Source of the DNA: Candidatus Poribacteria bacterium
Lineage (GTDB): Bacteria > Poribacteria > WGA-4E > PCPOR2b
NCBI GenBank assembly: GCA_965198175.1
Contig: OZ240245.1
Span: 4,096,001-4,160,000 of the forward strand
DNA: 64,000 bases
Reading direction: 5' to 3'
Shown in pieces: positions 40,031-50,668 of this stretch; positions within the stretch are counted from its first letter, which is position 1, and each line of letters starts with the position of its first letter. The position numbers and the translations under genes were made by a program. The notes under the pieces were generated by a model. That model saw nothing but the letters and a program-made list of their open reading frames with translations, ran no database searches and had not been told where the DNA came from.

Positions 40031-40708
40031 ATGCCAGAATCTCGCTCAAATTCTATTCAGTCTGAAGCCATCTCCGAAGGTACGATTCATCGGCTTTCTC
40101 TATACTCCCGACTTCTTGCAACGCTTGAGGAAGAAGGAACGACTGTTGTTTCGTCGAGAGACTTATCAGAACGAATCAGTTTTCCGGCAACTCAGATTCG
40201 GAGAGACCTCGCCTATTTCGGTCAGTTTGGAAAGCGGGGGATTGGTTATGAGGTTTGTGCTCTCGGACGATCGATTAACGAAATTCTCGGCGTTCATGTT
40301 CGCCGAAAAATTGCCCTTGTCGGCGTGGGGAATTTAGGGAGCGCCTTGCTCGGTTACCGCGTTCTTCGTGAACACAATTTTGAAATTATCGCTGCGTTTG
40401 ATAACGATGCCCAAAAGTGGAATCAGGTCATCAACAATGTGGTAATCCATAATCCTGATCGGTTGCCTCAAATGGTCCAATGCGAGCAAATTGAAATTGG
40501 AATCATCGCTGTTCCTCCCCAGGCGGCTCAGAATGTATTAGATATCTTTGTTTTAGCGGGTGTCCGCGCAATCCTTAACTTTGCCCCGGCTCGACTGACG
40601 GCACCTCGCCACATCAAGTTGAGGAACGTCGATTTCTCGATTGAGCTGGAGCGGCTCTCTTACTTTTTGCAACATGAATCCGCGACCACCTCGACATCGG
40701 TCGTTTAA
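40031..40708 (+). CDS. rex: Redox-sensing transcriptional repressor Rex
   Basis: RLSLYSR, QIRRDLAYFGQFGKRGIGY, VGVGNLGSAL, ILNFAP. Confidence 0.96.
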   Translation: MPESRSNSIQSEAISEGTIHRLSLYSRLLATLEEEGTTVVSSRDLSERISFPATQIRRDLAYFGQFGKRGIGYEVCALGRSINEILGVHVRRKIALVGVGNLGSALLGYRVLREHNFEIIAAFDNDAQKWNQVINNVVIHNPDRLPQMVQCEQIEIGIIAVPPQAAQNVLDIFVLAGVRAILNFAPARLTAPRHIKLRNVDFSIELERLSYFLQHESATTSTSVV

Positions 40709-40797
40709 CGGTCCCTGAATGCCCCAACGCCTTTTCTAAATGTGAGCGCACTTTGGCAAAGTCGCGTTAGAGATAAAAGGATGCGAAAAGACTCTGA

Positions 40798-41790
<993 letters not shown>

Positions 41791-41808
41791 ATTTAGAGGA
41801 GCAACCCC

Positions 41809-43092
41809 TTGAACAACACCAAATCCCTAGAAGCGTGGCAAAAATCACAACAGTTCATCCCCGGTGGCGTCAATAGCCCAGTGAGAAACTTTCGCGCGGT
41901 CGGCGGGAATCCCCTTTTTGTTCAACGTGGCAAAGGATCCAAGATTTATGACATTGATGGGAATGAATATATTGATTATGTTGCGTCGTGGGGACCTTTA
42001 ATCCTTGGACATGCCCATCCGCGGGTTCTGGATGCAATCAAAGGTACAATGGAAAACGGCACGAGTTTCGGCGCTCCGACCGCCTTAGAAACCGAACTCG
42101 CCGAACTCATCGTCAATGCCGTTCCGTCGATCGATGTGGTTCGGATGGTCAACTCCGGCACGGAGGCTACAATGAGCGCAATCCGTGTGGCGCGTGGGTA
42201 CACAGGGCGCGACAAGGTTATCAAAGTCGCGGGTTGTTATCACGGGCATGTTGATGCGCTTCTCGCCAAAGCCGGCTCTGGAGTTGCAACGTTTGGACTT
42301 CCAGAGTGCACAGGGATTCCGACCGATTTCACCAGTCATACTCTCGTGGTTCCCTTTAATGACGCTGACGCAGTGCGCCGAACCATCGAAGCGAATTCTG
42401 GTCATGTCGCATGTCTAATCATTGAGCCGATTGCGGGAAATATGGGCGTCATTCCGCCACATGAGGGTTACTTGGCTGAACTTCGTGAAATCACCTCCGA
42501 ACACGATATTCTCCTGATTTTCGACGAAGTCATCACCGGATTTCGGGTAGTGTACGGTGGGGCGCAATCCCGCTACGGCGTCTTCCCCGATATGACCTGC
42601 TTAGGCAAAGTCATCGGTGGCGGGATGCCGGTTGGCGCTTACGGCGGTAGAAAAGATATCATGAAAAGCGTTGCTCCGCTCGGTGATGTCTATCAAGCTG
42701 GCACGCTATCGGGCAATCCACTGGCGATGTCCGCAGGGATTGCCACGCTGAAAACTCTTGCTGAACCTGGCGTCTATGAACAGCTCGAAAGTCACGCCCA
42801 AGCGCTCGCTGAAGGGCTCAAAGATGTGACGGATCGACACGGAATCGATGCTTACCACAACCGAGTCGGATCGATGTTAATGTTCCATTTCACGAATAAA
42901 ACCGTCACTGATTACGAGACTGCGCAGACATCGAACATCAATCGCTTTGGTCAGTATTTTTGGGGGTTGCTTGAGCGGGGCGTATACATCGCACCCTCTC
43001 AATTTGAAGCGGGTTTTGTTTCACTCTCTCACTCCCAAAGTGATGTCGATCAGACTGTGCGCGCCGCGGATGAAGTGTTGTCCCGACTCTAG
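41809..43092 (+). CDS. hemL: Glutamate-1-semialdehyde 2,1-aminomutase
   Basis: PGGVNSPVR, NSGTEATM, FDEVITGFR, LGKVIGGG, YQAGTLSGNP. Confidence 0.98.
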   Translation: MNNTKSLEAWQKSQQFIPGGVNSPVRNFRAVGGNPLFVQRGKGSKIYDIDGNEYIDYVASWGPLILGHAHPRVLDAIKGTMENGTSFGAPTALETELAELIVNAVPSIDVVRMVNSGTEATMSAIRVARGYTGRDKVIKVAGCYHGHVDALLAKAGSGVATFGLPECTGIPTDFTSHTLVVPFNDADAVRRTIEANSGHVACLIIEPIAGNMGVIPPHEGYLAELREITSEHDILLIFDEVITGFRVVYGGAQSRYGVFPDMTCLGKVIGGGMPVGAYGGRKDIMKSVAPLGDVYQAGTLSGNPLAMSAGIATLKTLAEPGVYEQLESHAQALAEGLKDVTDRHGIDAYHNRVGSMLMFHFTNKTVTDYETAQTSNINRFGQYFWGLLERGVYIAPSQFEAGFVSLSHSQSDVDQTVRAADEVLSRL

Positions 43093-43216
43093 GATGTGGA
43101 AATGAAGAAGGACGGGTAAAACGAAATTCGTCTGATGTGCCACAGTTCGCGTATGACGCGATGTACGATTATGTTTTTCCACAAAGGCTAATTCTTATTC
43201 TCACGGATGAAGGCAG

Positions 43217-44203
43217 ATGTCAACAACGAACCTCAGTGAGATTTGCCAGTTTATTGCTGACGATTTAGATGCAATCGAAAAACAACTCCTCGAAAAAACG
43301 ACGAGTCATTACGACTTTGTCGATCTTGCCGTACAACATGTGATTGAAGGCGGTGGGAAGCGGTTCCGGCCAATTCTGCTGGTTCTTTCTGCAAAAGCGT
43401 GCGGATATGAAGGTGAGGAGGCGCATATACTTGCAGCTGTTGCTGAACTGATCCACGTTGCATCGCTCGTCCATGACGATGTCCTTGATGAAGCCCCGAT
43501 CCGGCGGGGACGTGAAACGTTGCATTCCAAGTGGGGAAACAAAGTCGCAGTGCTTGTTGGCGATTATCTTCATGCGCGAGTCCTTTCGATGCTTGTCGCT
43601 CGATGCGCCGATGACCCAGCGATGCGTATTCTCTCAGACACAACTCAGGCGATGTGTGAAGGAGAAGTCATCCACGCTTACAAAAACGGGGATTTCAATG
43701 TTTCGCAGGATGACTATTTGAAGATTGTCGGGCTAAAAACGGGGAAGCTCATCACTGCCTCATGCGAAATGGGAGCGATGCTCGGAACGAAAGATCCGGA
43801 GGTCATCCAAGTATTGACAGAATACGGCGAATCAATTGGCGCCGCATTTCAGATAATCGACGATCTTCTCGATCTTGTATCCGATCAAACAAAGTTGGGC
43901 AAGGAATCTTTCAATGACTTACGCGAAGGCAAGTTGACGTTCCCTATGATTTATACACGGGGCGTTTGTACTTCCGAGGAGAAGGGGACGTTAGAACGTA
44001 TCTTTAGCACGGAAGCCGACGAGGATTGGGCGATTGGTTGGATTACAGATCTGCTTCGGCGGTATCGGATCCAAGAATATAGTCTTCAGATTGCCCAAGA
44101 ATATGCGGATCGTGCAAAAGCGGCTTTGGTAGCGTTACCGGACACGCTCGCCAAGAACGCGCTTGAACAACTCGCAGATTATGTCGTATCCAGAGACCGG
44201 TGA
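43217..44203 (+). CDS. Polyprenyl diphosphate synthase
   Basis: GGKRFRP, LVHDDVLD, FQIIDDLLD. Confidence 0.95.
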   Translation: MSTTNLSEICQFIADDLDAIEKQLLEKTTSHYDFVDLAVQHVIEGGGKRFRPILLVLSAKACGYEGEEAHILAAVAELIHVASLVHDDVLDEAPIRRGRETLHSKWGNKVAVLVGDYLHARVLSMLVARCADDPAMRILSDTTQAMCEGEVIHAYKNGDFNVSQDDYLKIVGLKTGKLITASCEMGAMLGTKDPEVIQVLTEYGESIGAAFQIIDDLLDLVSDQTKLGKESFNDLREGKLTFPMIYTRGVCTSEEKGTLERIFSTEADEDWAIGWITDLLRRYRIQEYSLQIAQEYADRAKAALVALPDTLAKNALEQLADYVVSRDR

Positions 44204-44260
44204 TGGTTTCGCAATAGGGTGTTAGACGCCCTTATTGAATCTCAGATTTAATACAATTTT

Positions 44261-45502
44261 ATGTTCTACCCTGCACATTTGAACCTCCAGGATCGAAAAT
44301 GCCTCGTTTTCGGAGGAGGAATTGTTGCTGACCGCAAAGTCTTCTCCCTTCTGCGTTGCGGCGGGATGGTGACGCTGATTAGCCCCGAGGCGACAAAGGC
44401 GCTCAAACAGCTTGCACAAGCGGGTCGGATTCAATGGCACCAACGCCAATTTCAACGGGGCGACTCGGAAGGGATGTTCCTTGTTTGTGCAGCAACGGAT
44501 TGCCCTGAAATCAATACACAGGTATTTGAAGATGCTCACGAGGTTCATGGGATTAATCTCGTTAACGTCGTTGATGTGATTCCTGAATGCACCTTTGCAG
44601 CGGCGTCTGTTGTGACGCATGGAGATTTGACGATTAGTATCTCCACGAGCGGGAAAAGTCCAGCGATATCCAGACGTATCCGAGAATATCTCGAAGCAAA
44701 GTTCAGAACCGAATCTCTTTACACAGCACCGATTGACGCGAACTTCACACCTTCTCGCGAGAACCAGGGTCATCCGTATCCGGTCTATTTTTTGCTGGAG
44801 AATCGTCGTTGTAACGTCGTTCGTAACCCCCACATCATGAGCGAGGAGATTGAACGACGCGTGAATCTGTTGAGACAGTGTGGTGCGTCGGTTGAACAAA
44901 TTGATCCGACGCACGACGATTTGGATCGTCTTTCGGGTGCTTTTCTTGTTTATATCGACAACATAGAATCGAACTGTGAAAACTCTGTTTTCGCCCCCCG
45001 TCTAGGAAACGGTCTGACAAACGCTATCAATCGGATTCAGTTGTCTGAATACCTCAAAATCCTAGAGGCAGGGACGTTTATCACCCCATTTCTGGTGATA
45101 GATGGGAATCTGATAATCGGTATTTCTGCAAATACACAAACCATAGACGAACAGGACAAAGCCAAGCATCTACAGAGAGAACTAGCAAATCAATTTGAGA
45201 ATAAGGGTTACGGAGAGTTCATTGACTTTCTCGGTTCTTTGCGTCCCCTTGTGATGGAAGCCGTTCCAACGCAACAAGATCGACAGCAGTTTTTCGATAA
45301 TCTCATCGATCGGATTCCCCTCCTTGAACGGAAGGCAAACGAAACGCAAAAATGCTGTTTTCGCTTTGAAAACTCGAGTTGCCCAGCGGAATGCGCGTTT
45401 AACCTTATTTGTCGAGGGCAGATTGAGCGTGTACGTCGATACGTTCATCGGCAGATAGGGGAACGAAAAATCATGGAAGGGCTGCTGGAAGACGGCGGGT
45501 AA
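44261..45502 (+). CDS. Precorrin-2 dehydrogenase/sirohydrochlorin ferrochelatase (SirC/Met8/CysG-N) with internal duplication
   Basis: YPAHLNL..RKCLVFGGGIVADRK, VNVVD, ISTSGKSP; second degenerate copy from YPVYFLLENRRC. Confidence 0.85.
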   Translation: MFYPAHLNLQDRKCLVFGGGIVADRKVFSLLRCGGMVTLISPEATKALKQLAQAGRIQWHQRQFQRGDSEGMFLVCAATDCPEINTQVFEDAHEVHGINLVNVVDVIPECTFAAASVVTHGDLTISISTSGKSPAISRRIREYLEAKFRTESLYTAPIDANFTPSRENQGHPYPVYFLLENRRCNVVRNPHIMSEEIERRVNLLRQCGASVEQIDPTHDDLDRLSGAFLVYIDNIESNCENSVFAPRLGNGLTNAINRIQLSEYLKILEAGTFITPFLVIDGNLIIGISANTQTIDEQDKAKHLQRELANQFENKGYGEFIDFLGSLRPLVMEAVPTQQDRQQFFDNLIDRIPLLERKANETQKCCFRFENSSCPAECAFNLICRGQIERVRRYVHRQIGERKIMEGLLEDGG

Positions 45503-45561
45503 TTGCACAGTTCCCTTTTATTTGGCTTTACGGATTTCGCACACATCGCGTTTTACGACTC

Positions 45562-46374
45562 ATGGACATACTATTTTTACTGACGCTCTTGATATATTTG
45601 GCAGCAAGTATATTTCACGTGTTTTTCCTCACTACGGGCGATCGAAAGGTTCATCGATTCGCTTATTGGGCGACAATCGGGGGATTCGCTCTACATTCGA
45701 TTTTTTTGGTTTTACGCTGGCTGCGTCAAGGGGAGTTCCCGATGGCGTACTGGTATGATTCAGCCTCTTTTTTCGCGTGGGCAATTATTTTGATTTATTT
45801 GTGTATCGCCCACCTGACTCGACTGCACACTGTCGGGAGTTTCGTTGTTCCCGCTGCCTTCATTGCAAACCTAATCGCCTACACCCTACCGAAGGGAAAC
45901 GCAGCAATCTCTCCGGCTCTGCAAAATTATTGGCTCATCACTCATTCAACCTTCATCTTTCTAGCTTATGCGGCGTTCGTCGCAGCATTTGGAATTGGGC
46001 TAATGTATTTGATTGAGGAAAAGAGGATTCTTGAAAAGAAGCACACGCTGCTCTATAACCTTTTACCTGCGCTTGGGAGATCGGATCGGATTTGCCATAA
46101 GTGCATCGTCGTCGGTGTAGTTCTGATGACCATAGGGATCGTTATCGGGATTTTTTGGACACGTAATATCCAAGAGGTCAAATGGACATGGGTTGACCCA
46201 AAGGTTATCTTTACAGTCGCAACATGGCTTGTCTATGTTTTGCAACTCAGCATTCGCCAAATATTCGGTTGGCGCGGGCGTAAAACCGCTTATTCTGCAA
46301 TTATCGGTTTTGGTGCGGTGTTGTTCACTTACGCGGGTGTCAACCTGTTTCTACCGAGTATACACGCATTTTAG
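45562..46374 (+). CDS. ccsA: CcsA/HemX-like haem-handling membrane protein
   Basis: About 8 TM helices, WLITH, WTWVDPK, WRGRKTA, C-terminal H. Confidence 0.85.
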   Translation: MDILFLLTLLIYLAASIFHVFFLTTGDRKVHRFAYWATIGGFALHSIFLVLRWLRQGEFPMAYWYDSASFFAWAIILIYLCIAHLTRLHTVGSFVVPAAFIANLIAYTLPKGNAAISPALQNYWLITHSTFIFLAYAAFVAAFGIGLMYLIEEKRILEKKHTLLYNLLPALGRSDRICHKCIVVGVVLMTIGIVIGIFWTRNIQEVKWTWVDPKVIFTVATWLVYVLQLSIRQIFGWRGRKTAYSAIIGFGAVLFTYAGVNLFLPSIHAF

Positions 46375-46398
46375 AGGTGATTCGTTAACCTCAAACAG

Positions 46399-47712
46399 AT
46401 GAAGCAGATTTTTGTTGTCGGTACCAGCCACCATACTGCCCCACTCAATTGTCGAGAACGGGTGTCATTCTCCGAGCATCAGTTCACGGACGCCTACCGA
46501 TTCTTTAGAGAAATGCGTCAGAATGGGGAGGCTGTTATCCTTTCCACATGCAACCGCGTCGAAATCTATGCGGCGACCAACAACAAAGATGGTTGTGCCT
46601 TACTGTTCGATTTTCTATCAGATTTTCATCAAATCGATCCACGGCAACTCGGTCAATTTACATATAGCTACCAAAATCTTGATGCCATTCGGCATCTCTT
46701 CAATGTTGTAACAAGCCTCGATTCTATGGTTGTTGGAGAGCCACAGATTCTCGGACAGGTGAAAGCGGCGTATGACCAATCTCTATGTGCTGGGGCTAGT
46801 GGTGATACTCTGAAGCGCTTATTCACGAAAGCAATTCGCGTTGGAAAGCGAGTTCGTACGGAAACCAACATCGGCGCTGGGGCGGTGTCTATCAGTTTTG
46901 TTGCAGTTCAGCTAGCCAAGAAAATCTTTCAGAGTCTTGAAGACAAAACAGTTGTCATTATCGGTGCGGGTGAAATGAGCGAATTAACGGCGCAACACCT
47001 TGTGGAGAACGGCGTTTCGAAAGTAATCGTCGCCAACAGAACCTACGAGCACGCGGTGAAGATTGCTGAAAAATTCAGCGGCACCCCTTTAACTTATGAT
47101 GCCGATCTGAAATTCCTCGTTGACGCTGACATTGTGATTACTTCAACCAACGCCTCGCATCACTTAATCCACCGCCAAGCCCTCGTGGAAATTATGAGAA
47201 AGCGGAAACACCGCTACATGTTCTTAATCGACATCGCAGTTCCACGGGATATTGACCCTGAAGTGGCGGGTGTGGAAAATGCGTTTCTGTACAATATCGA
47301 CGATCTTGAAGCTGTGGTCGCTTCCAACCTCAAAGAACGGGGACAGGAGGCGGAAATCGCAGCGCAGATTGTCGAAACAGAAGCTGTAAAGTTCCACTCA
47401 GAGTTGCAAGCTTCTGATATAAACGCAATAATTAAGGCTCTCCATCAGAAATTTCAACAGATTACTTCAAGGGAATTGGACATCTGTTTGGACAAGGCGG
47501 AACTATCGCCCAAGCAGGAGAAAATCGTTGAATCAATGATTCATTCGATTACAAAAAAGTTGCTGCATCAACCGACAACCCATCTGCGGCAAGTTGCTCT
47601 GGATTCCGATTCTCTTGAGATGGTCAACGATATCAATGATGATTATGTCCCGTATGTTCGCGCATTACAGGAGTTGTTCGCATTGGAACCCACTGATGAT
47701 ATGGATGTGTGA
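46399..47712 (+). CDS. hemA: Glutamyl-tRNA reductase
   Basis: LSTCNRVEIY, SLDSMVVGEPQILGQ, GAGEM, DIAVPRDI. Confidence 0.98.
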   Translation: MKQIFVVGTSHHTAPLNCRERVSFSEHQFTDAYRFFREMRQNGEAVILSTCNRVEIYAATNNKDGCALLFDFLSDFHQIDPRQLGQFTYSYQNLDAIRHLFNVVTSLDSMVVGEPQILGQVKAAYDQSLCAGASGDTLKRLFTKAIRVGKRVRTETNIGAGAVSISFVAVQLAKKIFQSLEDKTVVIIGAGEMSELTAQHLVENGVSKVIVANRTYEHAVKIAEKFSGTPLTYDADLKFLVDADIVITSTNASHHLIHRQALVEIMRKRKHRYMFLIDIAVPRDIDPEVAGVENAFLYNIDDLEAVVASNLKERGQEAEIAAQIVETEAVKFHSELQASDINAIIKALHQKFQQITSRELDICLDKAELSPKQEKIVESMIHSITKKLLHQPTTHLRQVALDSDSLEMVNDINDDYVPYVRALQELFALEPTDDMDV

Positions 47713-47732
47713 AATAAGGACGAACGCAACTG

Positions 47733-48635
47733 ATGAAACAGACCATCAACATTGGCACACGTGGAAGTCAGCTTGCCCTCTGGCAGGCAGAGTATGTCAG
47801 GAAGCGCCTAAATCGCCAATTCCCTGACCTGGGGGTTACACTCCAGATTATCAAAACAACAGGGGACAAAATTCAGGAACGCTCTCTTGTCGGACTTGGC
47901 AAAGGGGTTTTTACAAAGGAGATTGAAATTGCACTTTTGGATGGCACAATCGATCTCGCTGTCCACAGCATGAAAGATCTGCCGACAGAACTGCCGGACG
48001 GGCTTTGTATCGCTGCTATTCCCGTACGCGAAGACCCTCGCGATGTGCTAGTTGCACAATCTGGACTGGTCCTCGATAAACTCCCAATAGGAGCAAAAAT
48101 TGGAACGACAAGCCCACGCCGAAGATCTCAGCTTTTACACTTACGCCCTAATCTGCAGGTTCTGGATGTTCGTGGCAATCTTGACACACGCCTTCGTAAA
48201 CTGCATGAAACAGAACTTGATGGGATTATCCTTGCTGCGGCGGGGATTAAACGGCTGATTGGCGAGGAAATCATTACGGAGTATTTTGAGGTTAATCGGA
48301 TGATCCCCGCTGCCGGACAGGGAGCGTTGGGTGTAGAAGCACGCGAAGATGACCTTGAGATGAAGAAGGTATTGACCGCAATAAACGATAGTCACAGCGA
48401 AACCGAGGTGCTCGCGGAGAGGGCTGTGTTGCGGGGATTGGGCGGCGGGTGTCAAGTTCCGATTGGTGCAAATGCAGCGCTGAAGGGCGATAAGCTTCAT
48501 ATGATTGCTGCAGTTTGCAGCCTCGATGGAAAGCATCGCATCCTTGAGCGGCTATCAGGCAACCCGACGTGTGCTGATGAACTGGGTTCCAATCTTGTGA
48601 CAAAGCTAATTCAGGGTGGTGCGAGTAAACTTTAA
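47733..48635 (+). CDS. hemC: Hydroxymethylbilane synthase
   Basis: GTRGSQLALWQA, AVHSMKDLP, RGNLDTRL, GGGCQVP. Confidence 0.98.
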   Translation: MKQTINIGTRGSQLALWQAEYVRKRLNRQFPDLGVTLQIIKTTGDKIQERSLVGLGKGVFTKEIEIALLDGTIDLAVHSMKDLPTELPDGLCIAAIPVREDPRDVLVAQSGLVLDKLPIGAKIGTTSPRRRSQLLHLRPNLQVLDVRGNLDTRLRKLHETELDGIILAAAGIKRLIGEEIITEYFEVNRMIPAAGQGALGVEAREDDLEMKKVLTAINDSHSETEVLAERAVLRGLGGGCQVPIGANAALKGDKLHMIAAVCSLDGKHRILERLSGNPTCADELGSNLVTKLIQGGASKL

Positions 48636-48664
48636 AGTAAATCGTGAAACGCAAAACATAAATC

Positions 48665-50203
48665 ATGTCCGCTAAATGTGGCAAAGTGTACCTTGTTGGA
48701 GCGGGGCCGGGCGATCCGAAACTAATCACGCTCAAAGGTATTGAATGCCTCCATCACGCAGATGTCGTAATCTATGACCTCCTCGTCAACGTCAAACTAC
48801 TTGAATGCGCTCCGCCCCACGCCGAAAAGATCTATGGAGGTAAAATGGCGGGCGAACAGGAGAGACAACAGTCTGAAATTAACGACCTGATGATTCAGCA
48901 TGCGAGGACAGGGAAGACGGTCGTGCGGCTTAAAGGCGGCGATCCGTTTGTCTTTGGACGGGGTGGTGAGGAAGCCTTAATGCTTGCGGATGCGGGGATT
49001 GATTTCGAGATTGTACCCGGGATTAGCTCGGCAATCGCTGTTCCGGCGTACGCTGGCATCCCGGTGACACACCGAGGATATGCGTCCTCTGTTGCCATCG
49101 TTACAGGACATTCAGCCGCATTGGGATCGGATTCACCGGTTCGATGGGAACAGCTTGCAACAGCTGTAGATACGCTTGTTGTCCTCATGGGCATTGGACA
49201 CTTGCGCCAAATTACAGAACGCCTCATCAATTATGGGCGTAAACCGGAAACCCCAACCGTATTGATTCATTGGGGCACAACACCTAAGCAAGAAACTCTT
49301 GAGGGAACACTGGCAGATATTGCGCAAAAGGCGGAATCGGTTGGCTTCGACTCCCCTGCGGCGATTGTCGTAGGTGAGGTGAATACGCTCCGAGATGAAC
49401 TGCGTTGGTATGATCGAAAGCCACTCTTCAGGCGCAAAATCATCGTTACTCGTGCTCATGCACAAATCAGCGATTTGGCAGAAGTTCTGGAATCTTATGG
49501 CGCTCAAGTAATCCAGTTTCCCACAATCGAGATTCAGCCAATCAACGACAATGCAGACCTTGATGCGGCAATCGCTCAACTCGGCAAATATAACTGGATA
49601 ATCTTTACGAGTGTCAACGCAGTTGAGATTTTCTACTGCCATTTGCGAAAAAAGGGCAGAGATACTCGATTGTTTGGAAACGCGCGGGTCTGTGCGGTTG
49701 GTTCGAAAACTGTTGAAGCATTGGATAAGATTGGGATTCGTACAGATTTTGTCCCATCGCAATCCAAAAGTGCAGCAATTGCCGCTGAGCTGGAGTCGGT
49801 CACGGGACAATATATTTTGGTGCCCCGTGCAAAAATCGCCTCTGATGAGCTTCCCAATGGTTTACGAGAGAGGAGTGCAATCGTTGATGTAATTCCAATC
49901 TACGATACCGTCAAAGCCGGTGCGGAAAGACGTGAGGAAATCGAAGTTAACCTGCTCAACGGAAAGATTGACATGGTGACGTTTACAAGCGCATCGGCTA
50001 TTACAAACTTTCTTGAGATGTTCAAGCGACATTCGCCTGCTGCATTGCTCGATAACGTGCACACCGCGGTCATCGGTCCATCGACAGCGTCAACCGCACA
50101 GCAGAGTGGGTTGAGGGTAGATGTCATTGCAAAAGAAACGTCGATAGAAAATCTCGCGGAAGAGATTGCCAAATTTTACGCGAGAAAGGAGAGGAAAACG
50201 TGA
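48665..50203 (+). CDS. cobA: Uroporphyrinogen-III C-methyltransferase / uroporphyrinogen-III synthase fusion
   Basis: VGAGPGDP, RLKGGDPFVFGRGGEE; HemD half with IFTSVNAV and FTSAS. Confidence 0.96.
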   Translation: MSAKCGKVYLVGAGPGDPKLITLKGIECLHHADVVIYDLLVNVKLLECAPPHAEKIYGGKMAGEQERQQSEINDLMIQHARTGKTVVRLKGGDPFVFGRGGEEALMLADAGIDFEIVPGISSAIAVPAYAGIPVTHRGYASSVAIVTGHSAALGSDSPVRWEQLATAVDTLVVLMGIGHLRQITERLINYGRKPETPTVLIHWGTTPKQETLEGTLADIAQKAESVGFDSPAAIVVGEVNTLRDELRWYDRKPLFRRKIIVTRAHAQISDLAEVLESYGAQVIQFPTIEIQPINDNADLDAAIAQLGKYNWIIFTSVNAVEIFYCHLRKKGRDTRLFGNARVCAVGSKTVEALDKIGIRTDFVPSQSKSAAIAAELESVTGQYILVPRAKIASDELPNGLRERSAIVDVIPIYDTVKAGAERREEIEVNLLNGKIDMVTFTSASAITNFLEMFKRHSPAALLDNVHTAVIGPSTASTAQQSGLRVDVIAKETSIENLAEEIAKFYARKERKT

Positions 50204-50646
50204 GTAGAAGCAGATTTAAAATCATCGGCGCGGGTGTAATCGTAGCTTCTGCACTGGTGTTCTTGGTTGTTGCTGGGGTTAAGAACACCAGCATGCGACA
50301 CTTCACGCCCGATGCGCTCATAGTGCACGCGCAAGAAGTCGACAATAAGGGCATCCAAGTCGATGGGCTGATTTCGGAAGGCACAGCTGAATGGGATCCA
50401 ACGAAGTTTCAACTTACCTTTGCGGTGCGAGATCGAGACAGCAAAGCCGAAGTCAACGTACTTTATGCAAATAGAATCAAACCTGACAACTTCAAAGACG
50501 GTGGAAATGTCTTTGTTCAGGGGAGGTATAACGCAGCGGAAAATCTTATCGTTGCCTCCAAACTCCAAACGAAGTGCGCGTCGAAATACGAAGCAGTTGA
50601 AGGGGCTACAGCGCAAGCTAGCGGGGCAAGTGAACGCGATTATTAG
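50200..50646 (+). CDS. ccmE: Haem chaperone CcmE, CxxxY variant
   Basis: N-terminal TM, PDNFKDG, TKCASKY. Confidence 0.9.
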   Translation: MSRSRFKIIGAGVIVASALVFLVVAGVKNTSMRHFTPDALIVHAQEVDNKGIQVDGLISEGTAEWDPTKFQLTFAVRDRDSKAEVNVLYANRIKPDNFKDGGNVFVQGRYNAAENLIVASKLQTKCASKYEAVEGATAQASGASERDY

Positions 50647-50668
50647 GCAGACATAGGAATAGATAACG

